A DNA stretch of 62,006 nucleotides from an uncultured Enterobacteriaceae bacterium (GTDB lineage Bacteria; Pseudomonadota; Gammaproteobacteria; Burkholderiales; SG8-39): assembly GCA_964638135.1 (NCBI GenBank), contig CAZXAR010000001.1:13333-75338 (forward strand). Reading direction: 5' to 3'. The first letter of the stretch is position 1. Every line of letters starts with the position of its first letter. The notes below the pieces were generated by a model that saw nothing but the letters and a program-made list of their open reading frames with translations, made no database searches and was not told the DNA's origin. This document shows positions 19,336 to 28,548 of the stretch, piece after piece. Both the position numbers and the translations under genes were made by a program.

Positions 19336-21416
19336 TCTCTTTCGGTGGCCAACAAGCCAGGCACCAGCGCCTCGGCCGCATTCGCGCCCGAGATCATGAC
19401 CGCCTCGACGCCGGCGCCGTGCGTTGCCGAACCGGCGAAGACGAGGCCGCGAATCGGGCTCTTGACCTTGATGGCGCCCGGCGCGCCAGTGGCGCCGTAG
19501 ATCGCGCCGTCGCTCGACCAGTCATAGCGGCGGAAGGTGAGGGGAGTCGCCTCGGCCCGAAACACGATGCGCTTCGAGAGGCCGGGCAAGGCCTCTTCTG
19601 CGAGAGCGATCAGTTGATCGCCGATGGCGTTCTTTTTCCCCCGGTAATCGACGCTGCGCCTGTGCGCGCGATCGTCGACTGCTCCCGCTTCGCCGCACCA
19701 CGCACGCGCGGCATCGTGACTCGCCAGGCGCAGAATCTCGACCGTGCTGTAGCCGGTCGGCGCCGCGGAAGCATCGACCAGGCTCGGGATCACCAGACCG
19801 GCAGAACCCGTGACGCCGGCAATGTGCATGATCGGCTTCGCGTCTTCGAAGCCGCCGCGCACGCCGAGATGCACGGCGAACGCGGAGCACGAGGGCCGCA
19901 TTGCGGCAACCTGCCGACGAAAGTCTTCAGGCCAGCGGGCGGAATCGACGAGTTCGCGGGTCGCGCTGAGAAGGTCTGCATTCAGGACGACGGCCTCGCT
20001 GCGCACGGCCTCGGCCGGTGCGAGGCGCACGCCGCACGCGCGGCCGTTCTCTACGAACACGCGCTCGACCGCGGTCTTCAGGCGAACCTTGCCGCCATGG
20101 CGCTCGATGATTTCCACCAGCGCGTGCGCGATCCGGCCCGAGCCTCCCGCGGGGTAATAGCCGCCGTGCAGGTAGTAGCCGAAGAGCGGCACCATTGCCG
20201 CGACCGTCAGCGCCTGCGGCGAATCCGTGAGGTAGCCCGAGAGCGCCAGCAGATGGCGCCGTGCGGCGGGATCGGCGATCTGCTCGTGCAGGAATTCCGC
20301 GAACGGCCGCTGCATCCACTGCACCGCGAGCGGATAGCGGCGCGCAAATTCGAGCATCCCGCTCACCGTGCGCGGCGCGCCGGGAACGCCGCTGTACTTC
20401 GGCGCTTCCGAATACATTGCGGCGTGAATCGCGCGGATCGCAGACATTGCGTTTCGCACGCCTGCCGCGTCCGTCGGGAAACGCGCGGCGAGTTGTTCGA
20501 CATACAAGTCCCAGCTCCCGGGCACGTCGAATGCGGCGCCATCGGTGATGAAGCGATGGCTCATCCTGCGCCAGTCGATTCGGTGCACGAGTCCGAGACG
20601 CCGGAAGAGGCCGTACACCGGCGCCCCCTCCCACCAGCCCGAGACGTCGTGCACGCCGCTATCGAACCGGAAGACGGGCCGTGCGTCGCCGTCGCGTCCT
20701 TTGCGTAGCCAGTGGTGTGCGAAGCCTCCGGGAACCACGTGCTGCTCGAACACGACGACCCGCACTCCGGCTTGCGCGAGCAGCGCGCCGGCGGTGAGTC
20801 CGCCAAGCCCTGCGCCGACGACCGCGACATCCGCATCGCGTGCAGGCTGGCGCGCGAACGATGGCGCTCGCCAGCGTGCGCCTTGTGCCGCGCGGATCCG
20901 ACTTCCAAGCGCGTGGCGCACCAGCGCCAGCGGAAGGAACGCGGAAAGAATCGCGGCTATCACGAGCGGGACCGTGCTTGCAGCTTGCGGCAGCAGCAGG
21001 AAACGGGCGAGCGCGAGATACGCGAACACCGCAGACCAGAGCCCGGACATCACCGAATTGACCGAGAGAAACAAGGGATCGCGGGTGCCGGCGGACCAAG
21101 CTGACGCCGAGAAGGCCGCGGTCCAGGGTCGTCCGACGACTATGCTTGCTGCCATGCCTGCGGCCAATCCAAGATGGCTCCAGGCGAGCGAGTCGAGTTC
21201 CCATCCGGCGAGGTGAGCGAGCGTGATTGCCGAGAGCACTCCAGCACACAGCCACGCGAAGGACGCATCGAGGCTCGCGCTCTTGCGCCAAAGCCCGACT
21301 GCGGTGGCGAGCGCTGCACCGATGGCGGCGCCGATGCCGGGATGCGCGAACCCTGCGCCGATCCAGAAGAGTGCCAGCGGCACCAGCCCCAGCTTGACGA
21401 ACAGAAGCGTCTTCAT
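19218..21416 (-). CDS. Membrane-domain-fused FAD/NAD(P)-dependent oxidoreductase (CrtI/phytoene-desaturase-like)
   Basis: About 200 aa at the N-terminus form 5-6 hydrophobic helices. These are followed by a Rossmann motif (DVAVVGAGLGGLTAGALLAQAG) and a CrtI-like body. Start taken at ATG 21416 (MKTLLF); the track ORF extends to 21500. Confidence 0.75.
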   Translation of the reverse strand: MKTLLFVKLGLVPLALFWIGAGFAHPGIGAAIGAALATAVGLWRKSASLDASFAWLCAGVLSAITLAHLAGWELDSLAWSHLGLAAGMAASIVVGRPWTAAFSASAWSAGTRDPLFLSVNSVMSGLWSAVFAYLALARFLLLPQAASTVPLVIAAILSAFLPLALVRHALGSRIRAAQGARWRAPSFARQPARDADVAVVGAGLGGLTAGALLAQAGVRVVVFEQHVVPGGFAHHWLRKGRDGDARPVFRFDSGVHDVSGWWEGAPVYGLFRRLGLVHRIDWRRMSHRFITDGAAFDVPGSWDLYVEQLAARFPTDAAGVRNAMSAIRAIHAAMYSEAPKYSGVPGAPRTVSGMLEFARRYPLAVQWMQRPFAEFLHEQIADPAARRHLLALSGYLTDSPQALTVAAMVPLFGYYLHGGYYPAGGSGRIAHALVEIIERHGGKVRLKTAVERVFVENGRACGVRLAPAEAVRSEAVVLNADLLSATRELVDSARWPEDFRRQVAAMRPSCSAFAVHLGVRGGFEDAKPIMHIAGVTGSAGLVIPSLVDASAAPTGYSTVEILRLASHDAARAWCGEAGAVDDRAHRRSVDYRGKKNAIGDQLIALAEEALPGLSKRIVFRAEATPLTFRRYDWSSDGAIYGATGAPGAIKVKSPIRGLVFAGSATHGAGVEAVMISGANAAEALVPGLLATERDYLEARRPAYGLTPVRNSIATGVPTRPKALRKTPSRYRR

Positions 21417-21563
21417 GGCGGCCACGCGAGCCACTGCATCAGGAAGCGCGTCGCAGGAGAATCGCGATGCCGGGCGCGAGCGCGGGGATCGCGGCGGCAA
21501 GGTGAATAGCGGTCGGAATGGTCAACTGCCTGTCCATGTTTGACGGCCGGCCCGGAGCCTGTT

Positions 21564-21582
21564 ATGTTGTCTCTGTCAACAT
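21564..21582. promoter_or_regulatory. Candidate TetR operator 1 (ATGTTG-N7-CAACAT)
   Basis: Perfect 6-bp inverted repeat in the divergent intergenic region. It contains TGTCAACAT, which recurs in operator 2. Confidence 0.45.
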
Positions 21583-21595
21583 TACTGTAGCTGTG

Positions 21596-21616
21596 GATGT
21601 AGACATTGTCAACATC
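21596..21616. promoter_or_regulatory. Candidate TetR operator 2 (GATGTAGACA-T-TGTCAACATC)
   Basis: 21-bp palindrome with 9 of 10 matches per half-site. It overlaps the TTG start codon of the TetR gene. Confidence 0.5.
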
Positions 21617-22202
21617 AAAAACCGCGAAACACACCTATCACCATGGCCGGCTGCAGGCTTCGCTCCTTCGCGCTGCCGAAGAAATGCTGGAGAAGCAAGG
21701 ACTTGTCGCGTTAAGCGTGCGCGCAGCCGCGCGCCGCGCCGGGGTTTCGCATAACGCCCCATACCGCCACTTTCCCGACCGGGAAAGCCTTCTCGCCGCG
21801 CTCGCCGCGGACGGGTTCGCGCGCTTCGCCCGCGCGCTGGAAGAAGGGCAGGCGCGCGGCGGCCTGCGCGGTCGCGGCGAGGCGTATGTGCGTTTTGCGC
21901 TCGAGAATCCGCAGCGGTTCCGCCTGATGTTCGACGGCGAAGTCCCGATGGCGAGGCATCCGGCGCTGCGCGAAGCTGCGACGCGGGCGTTTGCGGCGCT
22001 TGCCGGCGCGCTTGCCGAGTATCTGCCCGGCGTCCCGAGCCGCGATGCCTCGATCGCGGCGTGGGCGCTGGTCCACGGACTGGCCAGCCTGCTGCTCAAT
22101 GAGCGCATCGCGTTGGCGATGCGGGCCGAGCGAAGCGACGAGGAATTCGTGCGGGCGGTGCTGGGTTCGGTGCGGTTTGCGGCCGCTCAGCCTGCGGCCT
22201 AG
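21606..22202 (+). CDS. TetR/AcrR-family transcriptional regulator
   Basis: N-terminal HTH motif LSVRAAARRAGVSHNAPYRHFPDRESLL. TTG is the first start codon after an in-frame TAG. The gene is divergent from the oxidoreductase gene. Confidence 0.85.
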   Translation: MSTSKTAKHTYHHGRLQASLLRAAEEMLEKQGLVALSVRAAARRAGVSHNAPYRHFPDRESLLAALAADGFARFARALEEGQARGGLRGRGEAYVRFALENPQRFRLMFDGEVPMARHPALREAATRAFAALAGALAEYLPGVPSRDASIAAWALVHGLASLLLNERIALAMRAERSDEEFVRAVLGSVRFAAAQPAA

Positions 22203-25200
22203 TCGCGGCTGGCGTTGTACGTCCGGAAGACTTGCGCGCAATCCTCGGTGCTGCCCGCCGATGCGTGGCAGCGCAACAAACGGAACACGGGTTTGCCGGC
22301 GCTGCGCGCAACGCGTGCGGAGTAATACGTCCAGAGCGTCCGCGCATGCTCCGGTGCACCTGCGGCGAGGTAGCCCGCCATGCCTGCCATCAGGAGGTAT
22401 TCGCGGCTCTCCGAATTCAGTTCCGGCTGCGTGGCGAGCAGCTGGGATGCAAGCTCCGCCATGCGTACCGCGTCGCGCGCCCCGGCGGCGCGAAACAGCG
22501 CGATCCAGCGGCGCTGGAACTCATACAGCTCGGCGTGACACGGCGCGCCCGCGAGCCGGCGCCAAATCGCCTCGGTTTCCTCGGGCGGCAGAAAGGGGTT
22601 CGTCGCCTTCGCCACGTGCACGAGCGCATGCAGCCAGACATCGAGTTCGCGCGCCTGCCGGCATTCGATCAGCCGCACCTTGACCAGCTCGAGGTCTTTC
22701 TGCAGGAGCGTCGGAATACCCTGCGGCTCGGGTATGCCCGGACCGAGCAGGAAGTCGCGCGCATAGCGCGCAAGCCGCGTGCTCTCGACCCGCTCGAACG
22801 CGTACGCGCCCCTGTGCAGCGGGTTGACCGGCCGGCGGGCGGGCGCGGGTTCCAGCAGTTCGAGCACCGGCACACCCGCGTTCGGCATCGCGACGACGTC
22901 GGCGGCGCTCTTTTCCATGAAGCGGTGCTTGGCCGCGTTCAGATCGAGCACCGGGTAGTAATCGGAATTGGCGGCGATTCCGTAGCTCGCGAACAGCGGC
23001 TCGAGCAGGGCGCGGCTGCCGAGGTAGCGGGCGTCGAGGTCGCCCGCCGTCAGCACGTGAACGGTCCACAGTTCCCGCGCCAGTCCGGGCTCCTCGAACA
23101 CCTCCGCACGCGCGGGGAGCGGCAGCGGCGTTTCGCTCGCCACGATCAGCACATCGTGGTCGCTCGCCGCGAACACCGCGTAGTGCGGAAACACTTCGCC
23201 GAGCGCGCCCATCACCGACGCAAGCAGCGAGGCGTCGACTTCGTAGAGCTGGAACCACTGCACGAGCAGGCCGCCGTCGTTCAGGTGGGTGCGGATGCGG
23301 CGGTAGAACTCGCGCGTGAAAAGGTTGGAAACCCCGCTCACCCACGGATTGGAAGGCTCCGAGATGATCAGATCGTAGCGCCGGTTGCGCGTCGAGAAGA
23401 ACGTCTTGGCGTCGTCGATCAGGATCGCGCCGCGCGGGTCGGCGAACGCGGCGCTGTTGCGCGGCAAGAAGCCGCGCGACGCTTCGGCCATCGCCGATTC
23501 GATCTCCACGGTCTCGACCCGCTCGATCGCCAGGCTCTGCAGCAGCGTGTGCATCGTGAGACCGGTTCCGATGCCGATCACCGCGGCGGTCCGCGTCTCG
23601 GGCCGGAGCGCGAGCGGCACGGCTGCCGTCAGCACCATCGTGATTTCGTCGCTGCCGCGCTCGCCTTCGGGCTTGAGGTTGATGGAGCCGTCGGACTTGC
23701 CGTTGGTGCGGATGCTGGTCGCCTCCGGGTAGCGCACGAGGTGCACCGTGGCGGTCTTCCCGTCCTTGCGGAACAGGATCGTCGCATCGCGCGAACTGGC
23801 GAGATCGCCATGGCGGAACACGCCGGCCGTCATCTTGTTGGCGTCGAGTTCGACCGCCGCGGACACCGGAACGAACGAGCCCGCGCACAGCGCCGCGGCG
23901 GCCGCAAACGTGCCCCTGCCTGGAGCGAAACGGTACAGCAGCGCGAGCCCGAGCAGGGCATCGACCGCGGCACCCACGATCAGGGTTTCCTTCAGACCGA
24001 GCAGCGGCAGGCCGGCGTGCACCGCGAACACGACCCCTGCGATGGCGCCGACCGTGTTCGCCGCGTAGACCTTCCCGATCGCTCCCTCGCCGGCGCCGCG
24101 GCGCAGGAGCGCGCCCGTGAGGAGCGGCAACGTCATGCCGGCGCAGAAGGTCGCCGGCAGCATGACCAGCGCGGCGATGCCCTGGCCCGAGAGGTTGAAA
24201 AACAGGTATCCGGCTTCGCTGCGCGCGAGGCCCTTCATCAGCCACTCCATGAGGGAAAACGTGGCGTCGTACGCGGGCAGCGTCGCGAGCGCGAGCAGCG
24301 CCATCATCACCTGCACCCAGCCGAGCAGCCGCTCGGGTTTCGCGGACCTGTCCACGTGGCGGCGCACCGCGAATCCGCCCAGGGCGAGGCCGAGGATGAA
24401 CGTGGACAGCATCAGCTCGAAGGAATGGGTGGAGGCGCCGAGCACGAGCGAGAGCATCCGGATCCAGCTGATCTCATAGATGAACGAGGCGAGGCCGGTG
24501 AGAAAGGCCGCGAGCAGCAGCAAGTGCGCCGCCTGTTCGTCGCCTTGCGGACGCGGCGTCACGGGCGCGTGGTGCGCGGGGCGCGCCAGCAGCCAAACGG
24601 TGGCGGCGAGCGCCAGGTTGATCAGGCCCGCCGTGCGCAGTGTTCCCGGCAGGCCGACCCACGCAATCAGCACGAAACCGCTGGCAAGCACGCCGAGGAC
24701 GGCGCCGAGACTGTTGGTGAAATACAGCATCGCGACCGATTCGCCCGAGGACGAAGGCTGCGCGCGCACGAGTCCCGCGCTCATCAGCGGAAAGGTCATT
24801 CCCAGCAGCACCGACTGCGGCAGGATCAGCAGGCAGGAAAGCGCGAGTTTCGCGGCGAGCGCGGCGGCCTCCGAGCCGAGCGCCGGCAGCAGCGCGGCGT
24901 AGGACCACTCGGTGAGCGCCACGAACCCTTCGTGAAATGCGAGGGCCAGCGCGCCGATCACGGCTTCGACCAGCGCGTAGCCGAGCAGCGGATTGCGCAG
25001 GCGCGTCGAGCGGCTGGCAAGCAGCGCGCTGCCCGCCGCCATGCCGCCCATGAAGACGACGAGCACGAGCGACTGCGCATAGGCCGCATGCCCGAGGTAC
25101 AGCTTCAGGTAATGCGTCCAGATCGATTCGTAGATCAATCCTGCGAATCCGGACGCCGTGAACAGGGCGTAGAACGCGGCACGCGGCGGGATGCGCGACA

Positions 25201-25204
25201 ACAT
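22199..25204 (-). CDS. Fused polytopic membrane (MFS-like) / spermidine-synthase-like protein with a long uncharacterised C-terminal domain
   Basis: 1001 aa. The first ~470 aa contain many TM helices. A PABS/SpeE-like methyltransferase fold follows (AAVIGIGTGLTMHTLL, DLIISEPSNPWVSG), then ~330 aa with no motif I recognise. Confidence 0.8.
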   Translation of the reverse strand: MLSRIPPRAAFYALFTASGFAGLIYESIWTHYLKLYLGHAAYAQSLVLVVFMGGMAAGSALLASRSTRLRNPLLGYALVEAVIGALALAFHEGFVALTEWSYAALLPALGSEAAALAAKLALSCLLILPQSVLLGMTFPLMSAGLVRAQPSSSGESVAMLYFTNSLGAVLGVLASGFVLIAWVGLPGTLRTAGLINLALAATVWLLARPAHHAPVTPRPQGDEQAAHLLLLAAFLTGLASFIYEISWIRMLSLVLGASTHSFELMLSTFILGLALGGFAVRRHVDRSAKPERLLGWVQVMMALLALATLPAYDATFSLMEWLMKGLARSEAGYLFFNLSGQGIAALVMLPATFCAGMTLPLLTGALLRRGAGEGAIGKVYAANTVGAIAGVVFAVHAGLPLLGLKETLIVGAAVDALLGLALLYRFAPGRGTFAAAAALCAGSFVPVSAAVELDANKMTAGVFRHGDLASSRDATILFRKDGKTATVHLVRYPEATSIRTNGKSDGSINLKPEGERGSDEITMVLTAAVPLALRPETRTAAVIGIGTGLTMHTLLQSLAIERVETVEIESAMAEASRGFLPRNSAAFADPRGAILIDDAKTFFSTRNRRYDLIISEPSNPWVSGVSNLFTREFYRRIRTHLNDGGLLVQWFQLYEVDASLLASVMGALGEVFPHYAVFAASDHDVLIVASETPLPLPARAEVFEEPGLARELWTVHVLTAGDLDARYLGSRALLEPLFASYGIAANSDYYPVLDLNAAKHRFMEKSAADVVAMPNAGVPVLELLEPAPARRPVNPLHRGAYAFERVESTRLARYARDFLLGPGIPEPQGIPTLLQKDLELVKVRLIECRQARELDVWLHALVHVAKATNPFLPPEETEAIWRRLAGAPCHAELYEFQRRWIALFRAAGARDAVRMAELASQLLATQPELNSESREYLLMAGMAGYLAAGAPEHARTLWTYYSARVARSAGKPVFRLLRCHASAGSTEDCAQVFRTYNASRD

Positions 25205-25255
25205 AGCGCGCGGTTATAACATGCGTGCACAGGCCACGATGAACGAAGCCGAACC

Positions 25256-26404
25256 ATGAGCCCCGCTGTCCGGCTTGCCGTTTTCTATTTCGCCTACTTC
25301 TGCTATCTGGGCGCGTTCGTTGCGTATTTCTCCCTCTGGCTCGCCGGCCGCGGCTACACGCCCGCCGAGATTGGCGCGGTTCTCGCGGTGCCCCAGTTCG
25401 TGCGCATCGTCGCTCCCACCGCGTGGGGCTGGCTTGCCGACGTATGGGGCGAGCGCTTTCCCGCCGGCCGGCGCGGCATCGTGGCCGCTTCGTCGGTACT
25501 CGCCGCGGCAAGTTTCGCGCTGCTCGGTGTTGCGGACGAGATCGGCACGGTTTTCGCCTGCGTGGCACTGATGGCGCTGTTTTCCGCCGGTGTGCTGCCG
25601 CTGGTGGAAGCGGCGACGCTCGCGGCGCTCGGCGGCCGCGCGGAAGGGTACGGGCCGGTGCGGGTCGGGGGCTCGCTCGGATTCATTGCAAGCGTGCTTG
25701 CGCTCGGCGCGCTGCTCGACCGGCAGCCGGTCGCTGCGCTGCTTCCGGTGATCGTCGTGCTGATGGCGCTCGCCGCGCTTGCCGCGCTCGCTCTGCCCGC
25801 GGCGCACCCGCCGGCGCCGCCGGAAGACGGTGCACGGGGGCTGCTGCGGGTGCTGCGCGAACCGCGCGTGATCGCACTGTTCGCGGCGTGCTTCTGCATG
25901 AGTGTCGCGCATGGCGCGCTGTATGCGTTCTACTCGATCTATCTTGTACAGGCCGGGTACTCGAAGAGCGTCGTCGGTTCGTTGTGGACCCTGGGCGTGG
26001 TCGCCGAAATCGTCTTGTTCCTCGCCCTGCCGGCGCTGTTGCGGCGCTGCTCGCTGCGCGGGGTGCTGATCGCGAGCTTCGTGGCGGCAGCGATCCGCTT
26101 CGTGACGATCGGCTGGGGCGTGAGCTCACTCGCGCTGCTCGTGGCGGCGCAGCTGCTGCATGCGCTCACGTTCGGTGCGTATCACGCGGCTGCGATTGCC
26201 GCGGTGCACCGGCTGTTCACCGGTCCCCTGCAGGTACGCGGCCAGGCGCTGTACGCGAGCCTTTCGTACGGGCTCGGCGGCGCGGTGGGAATGCTGCTGG
26301 CGGGCTGGAGCTGGGGCGCACTCGGCCCCGCCCTTGCGTTTTCCATCAGCGCGGGATTCGGCATCGCAGGCGCGCTGCTCGTCGGGTGGCGCGTGCGCGT
26401 GTAA
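25256..26404 (+). CDS. MFS transporter (MFS_1_like / HcaT-like)
   Basis: 382 aa and highly hydrophobic, consistent with about 12 TM segments. The N-terminus FYFAYFCYLGAFVAYFSLWL...WGWLADVWGER is typical of this MFS subfamily. Confidence 0.85.
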   Translation: MSPAVRLAVFYFAYFCYLGAFVAYFSLWLAGRGYTPAEIGAVLAVPQFVRIVAPTAWGWLADVWGERFPAGRRGIVAASSVLAAASFALLGVADEIGTVFACVALMALFSAGVLPLVEAATLAALGGRAEGYGPVRVGGSLGFIASVLALGALLDRQPVAALLPVIVVLMALAALAALALPAAHPPAPPEDGARGLLRVLREPRVIALFAACFCMSVAHGALYAFYSIYLVQAGYSKSVVGSLWTLGVVAEIVLFLALPALLRRCSLRGVLIASFVAAAIRFVTIGWGVSSLALLVAAQLLHALTFGAYHAAAIAAVHRLFTGPLQVRGQALYASLSYGLGGAVGMLLAGWSWGALGPALAFSISAGFGIAGALLVGWRVRV

Positions 26405-26479
26405 GGGAACGGCGCAGCCGAACGCTCGCGCGGCGACGCGGGTCCGCGGTAAAATCTGCCACTTTTTCCGGTGCTACCG

Positions 26480-27898
26480 ATGACGCCAAGGACGCTCTAC
26501 GACAAGCTCTGGGAGGATCACGTCGTGCACGTGGAAGATGACGGCACCGCGCTCCTCTACATCGATCGCCACCTGGTGCACGAAGTGACCAGTCCGCAGG
26601 CGTTCGAGGGGCTCAGGCTGGCCGGCCGCAAGCCGTGGCGCATGGATTCGGTGATCGCGACCGCCGATCACAATACGCCGACCACCGGCTGGGAACGGGG
26701 CCTCGACGGGATCACGGACCCGATCTCGCGCACCCAGGTCGAAACGCTCGACCGGAACCTGCGCGAGCACGGGGCCAAGGCGTATTTCCCGTTTCTCGAC
26801 CGGCGCCAGGGTATCGTGCACGTGATCGGACCGGAACAGGGCGCGACGCTGCCCGGAATGACGGTCGTGTGTGGCGATTCGCACACGAGCACGCACGGCG
26901 CGTTCGGGTGCCTTGCGCAGGGCATCGGCACCTCGGAGGTCGAGCACGTGCTCGCCACGCAATGCCTGGTGGCAAAGAAGATGAAGAACATGTGCATCGT
27001 CGTGGACGGGCAGCTGGCGCGCAGCGTCTCGGCGAAGGATGTCGCACTTGCCGTCATCGGCCGCATCGGCACCGCGGGCGGCAGCGGACACGCGGTGGAA
27101 TTTTCCGGCAGCGCGATCCGCGCGCTGTCCATGGAAGGTCGCATGACGGTGTGCAACATGGCGATCGAAGCGGGCGCGCGCGCCGGGATGGTGGCGGTCG
27201 ACGATGCAACCGTGCATTACGTGAAGGGACGGCCGTTCGCGCCCAGCGCAGCGGACTGGGACGCCGCAGTCGCCTACTGGAATACCCTCAAGAGCGATCC
27301 GGGGGCGAGGTTCGACCGTGAAGTCCAGCTGCGCGCGGAGGAGATTCGCCCCCAGGTGACCTGGGGCACGTCTCCCGAAATGGTGGTCTCGGTCGAGGAC
27401 GCGGTTCCCGATCCGGAGAAGGAAAAGGACGCGCAGAAGCGCGAGAACATGCACCGCGCGCTGCAATACATGGGGTTGCGGCCGCGCACTCCGATCACCG
27501 AGATCCGCCTGGACAAGGTGTTCATCGGCTCGTGCACGAACTCGCGCATCGAGGACCTGCGGATCGCCGCCGCCGTGGTCAAGGGACACCGGATCGCGTC
27601 CAACATCCGGCTTGCCCTGGTGGTCCCCGGTTCCGGACTGGTGAAATCGCAGGCCGAGAAAGAGGGGCTCGATCGGGTTTTTCGCGACGCCGGGTTCGAG
27701 TGGCGCGAACCGGGCTGCTCGATGTGCCTTGCCATGAACGCGGACCGGCTCGAGCCGGGCGAGCGCTGCGCCTCGACCTCGAATCGCAATTTCGAGGGCC
27801 GGCAAGGCGACGGCGGGCGCACGCACCTCGTCAGCCCCGCAATGGCCGCGGCAGCCGCAGTCGCCGGGCATTTCGTCGACATCCGGCGCTGGAGGTGA
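26480..27898 (+). CDS. leuC: 3-isopropylmalate dehydratase large subunit
   Basis: Aconitase-family motifs ([29 protein letters not shown]). Start at ATG 26480 ([11 protein letters not shown]). Confidence 0.95.
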   Translation: MTPRTLYDKLWEDHVVHVEDDGTALLYIDRHLVHEVTSPQAFEGLRLAGRKPWRMDSVIATADHNTPTTGWERGLDGITDPISRTQVETLDRNLREHGAKAYFPFLDRRQGIVHVIGPEQGATLPGMTVVCGDSHTSTHGAFGCLAQGIGTSEVEHVLATQCLVAKKMKNMCIVVDGQLARSVSAKDVALAVIGRIGTAGGSGHAVEFSGSAIRALSMEGRMTVCNMAIEAGARAGMVAVDDATVHYVKGRPFAPSAADWDAAVAYWNTLKSDPGARFDREVQLRAEEIRPQVTWGTSPEMVVSVEDAVPDPEKEKDAQKRENMHRALQYMGLRPRTPITEIRLDKVFIGSCTNSRIEDLRIAAAVVKGHRIASNIRLALVVPGSGLVKSQAEKEGLDRVFRDAGFEWREPGCSMCLAMNADRLEPGERCASTSNRNFEGRQGDGGRTHLVSPAMAAAAAVAGHFVDIRRWR

Positions 27899-27902
27899 GC
27901 GA

Positions 27903-28544
27903 ATGGACAAATTCGTCACCCTGACCGGGCTGGTCGCGCCGCTGGATCGCGCGAACGTCGACACCGACCAGATCATTCCGAAGCAGTTCCTGAAGTCGAT
28001 CCACCGCACCGGATTCGGCCCGAACCTGTTCGACGCCTGGCGCTATCTCGACCATGGCGAGCCGGGCATGGACCCGGCGAAGCGCGCCAGGAATCCGGAA
28101 TTCGTGCTCAACCAGCCGTGCTACGCGGGGGCGACGATCCTGCTGGCGCGCAAGAATTTCGGCTGTGGCAGTTCCCGCGAGCATGCCGCCTGGGCGCTGC
28201 TCGACTACGGCTTTCGCTGCGTCGTTGCGCCCTCGTTCGCCGATATCTTCTACAGCAACTGCACCAAGAACGGCCTGCTTCCCGTGGTGCTTGCCGAAGC
28301 GGAGGTCGACGCGCTGATGCACGACTGCGCCGCCTTCCCAGGGTTCCGTCTGCGGGTGGACCTTGCGGCACAGTCCGTATCGACGCAGAACGGCGCGAAG
28401 GCGATGCGCTTCGAGATCGACCCGTTCCGCAAGTATTGCCTTCTGAACGGGCTCGACGAAATCGGCTTGACCCTGCGGCACGCTGGAAAGATCCGCGGCT
28501 TCGAAGAGCGGCGCCGCACGCAGTATCCCTGGCTCTTCCGGTGA
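27903..28544 (+). CDS. leuD: 3-isopropylmalate dehydratase small subunit
   Basis: 213 aa with the LeuD swivel-domain motif ([18 protein letters not shown]). Adjacent to leuC. Confidence 0.95.
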   Translation: MDKFVTLTGLVAPLDRANVDTDQIIPKQFLKSIHRTGFGPNLFDAWRYLDHGEPGMDPAKRARNPEFVLNQPCYAGATILLARKNFGCGSSREHAAWALLDYGFRCVVAPSFADIFYSNCTKNGLLPVVLAEAEVDALMHDCAAFPGFRLRVDLAAQSVSTQNGAKAMRFEIDPFRKYCLLNGLDEIGLTLRHAGKIRGFEERRRTQYPWLFR

Positions 28545-28548
28545 CGGC

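Noticed and set aside
22232-25219. 995-aa plus-strand ORF opposite the spermidine-synthase-like fusion gene
   Set aside because: Its product is Arg/Gly/His-rich with no recognisable motifs. The minus-strand frame has coherent TM helices and SpeE-type motifs, so the plus-strand ORF is an antisense artefact.
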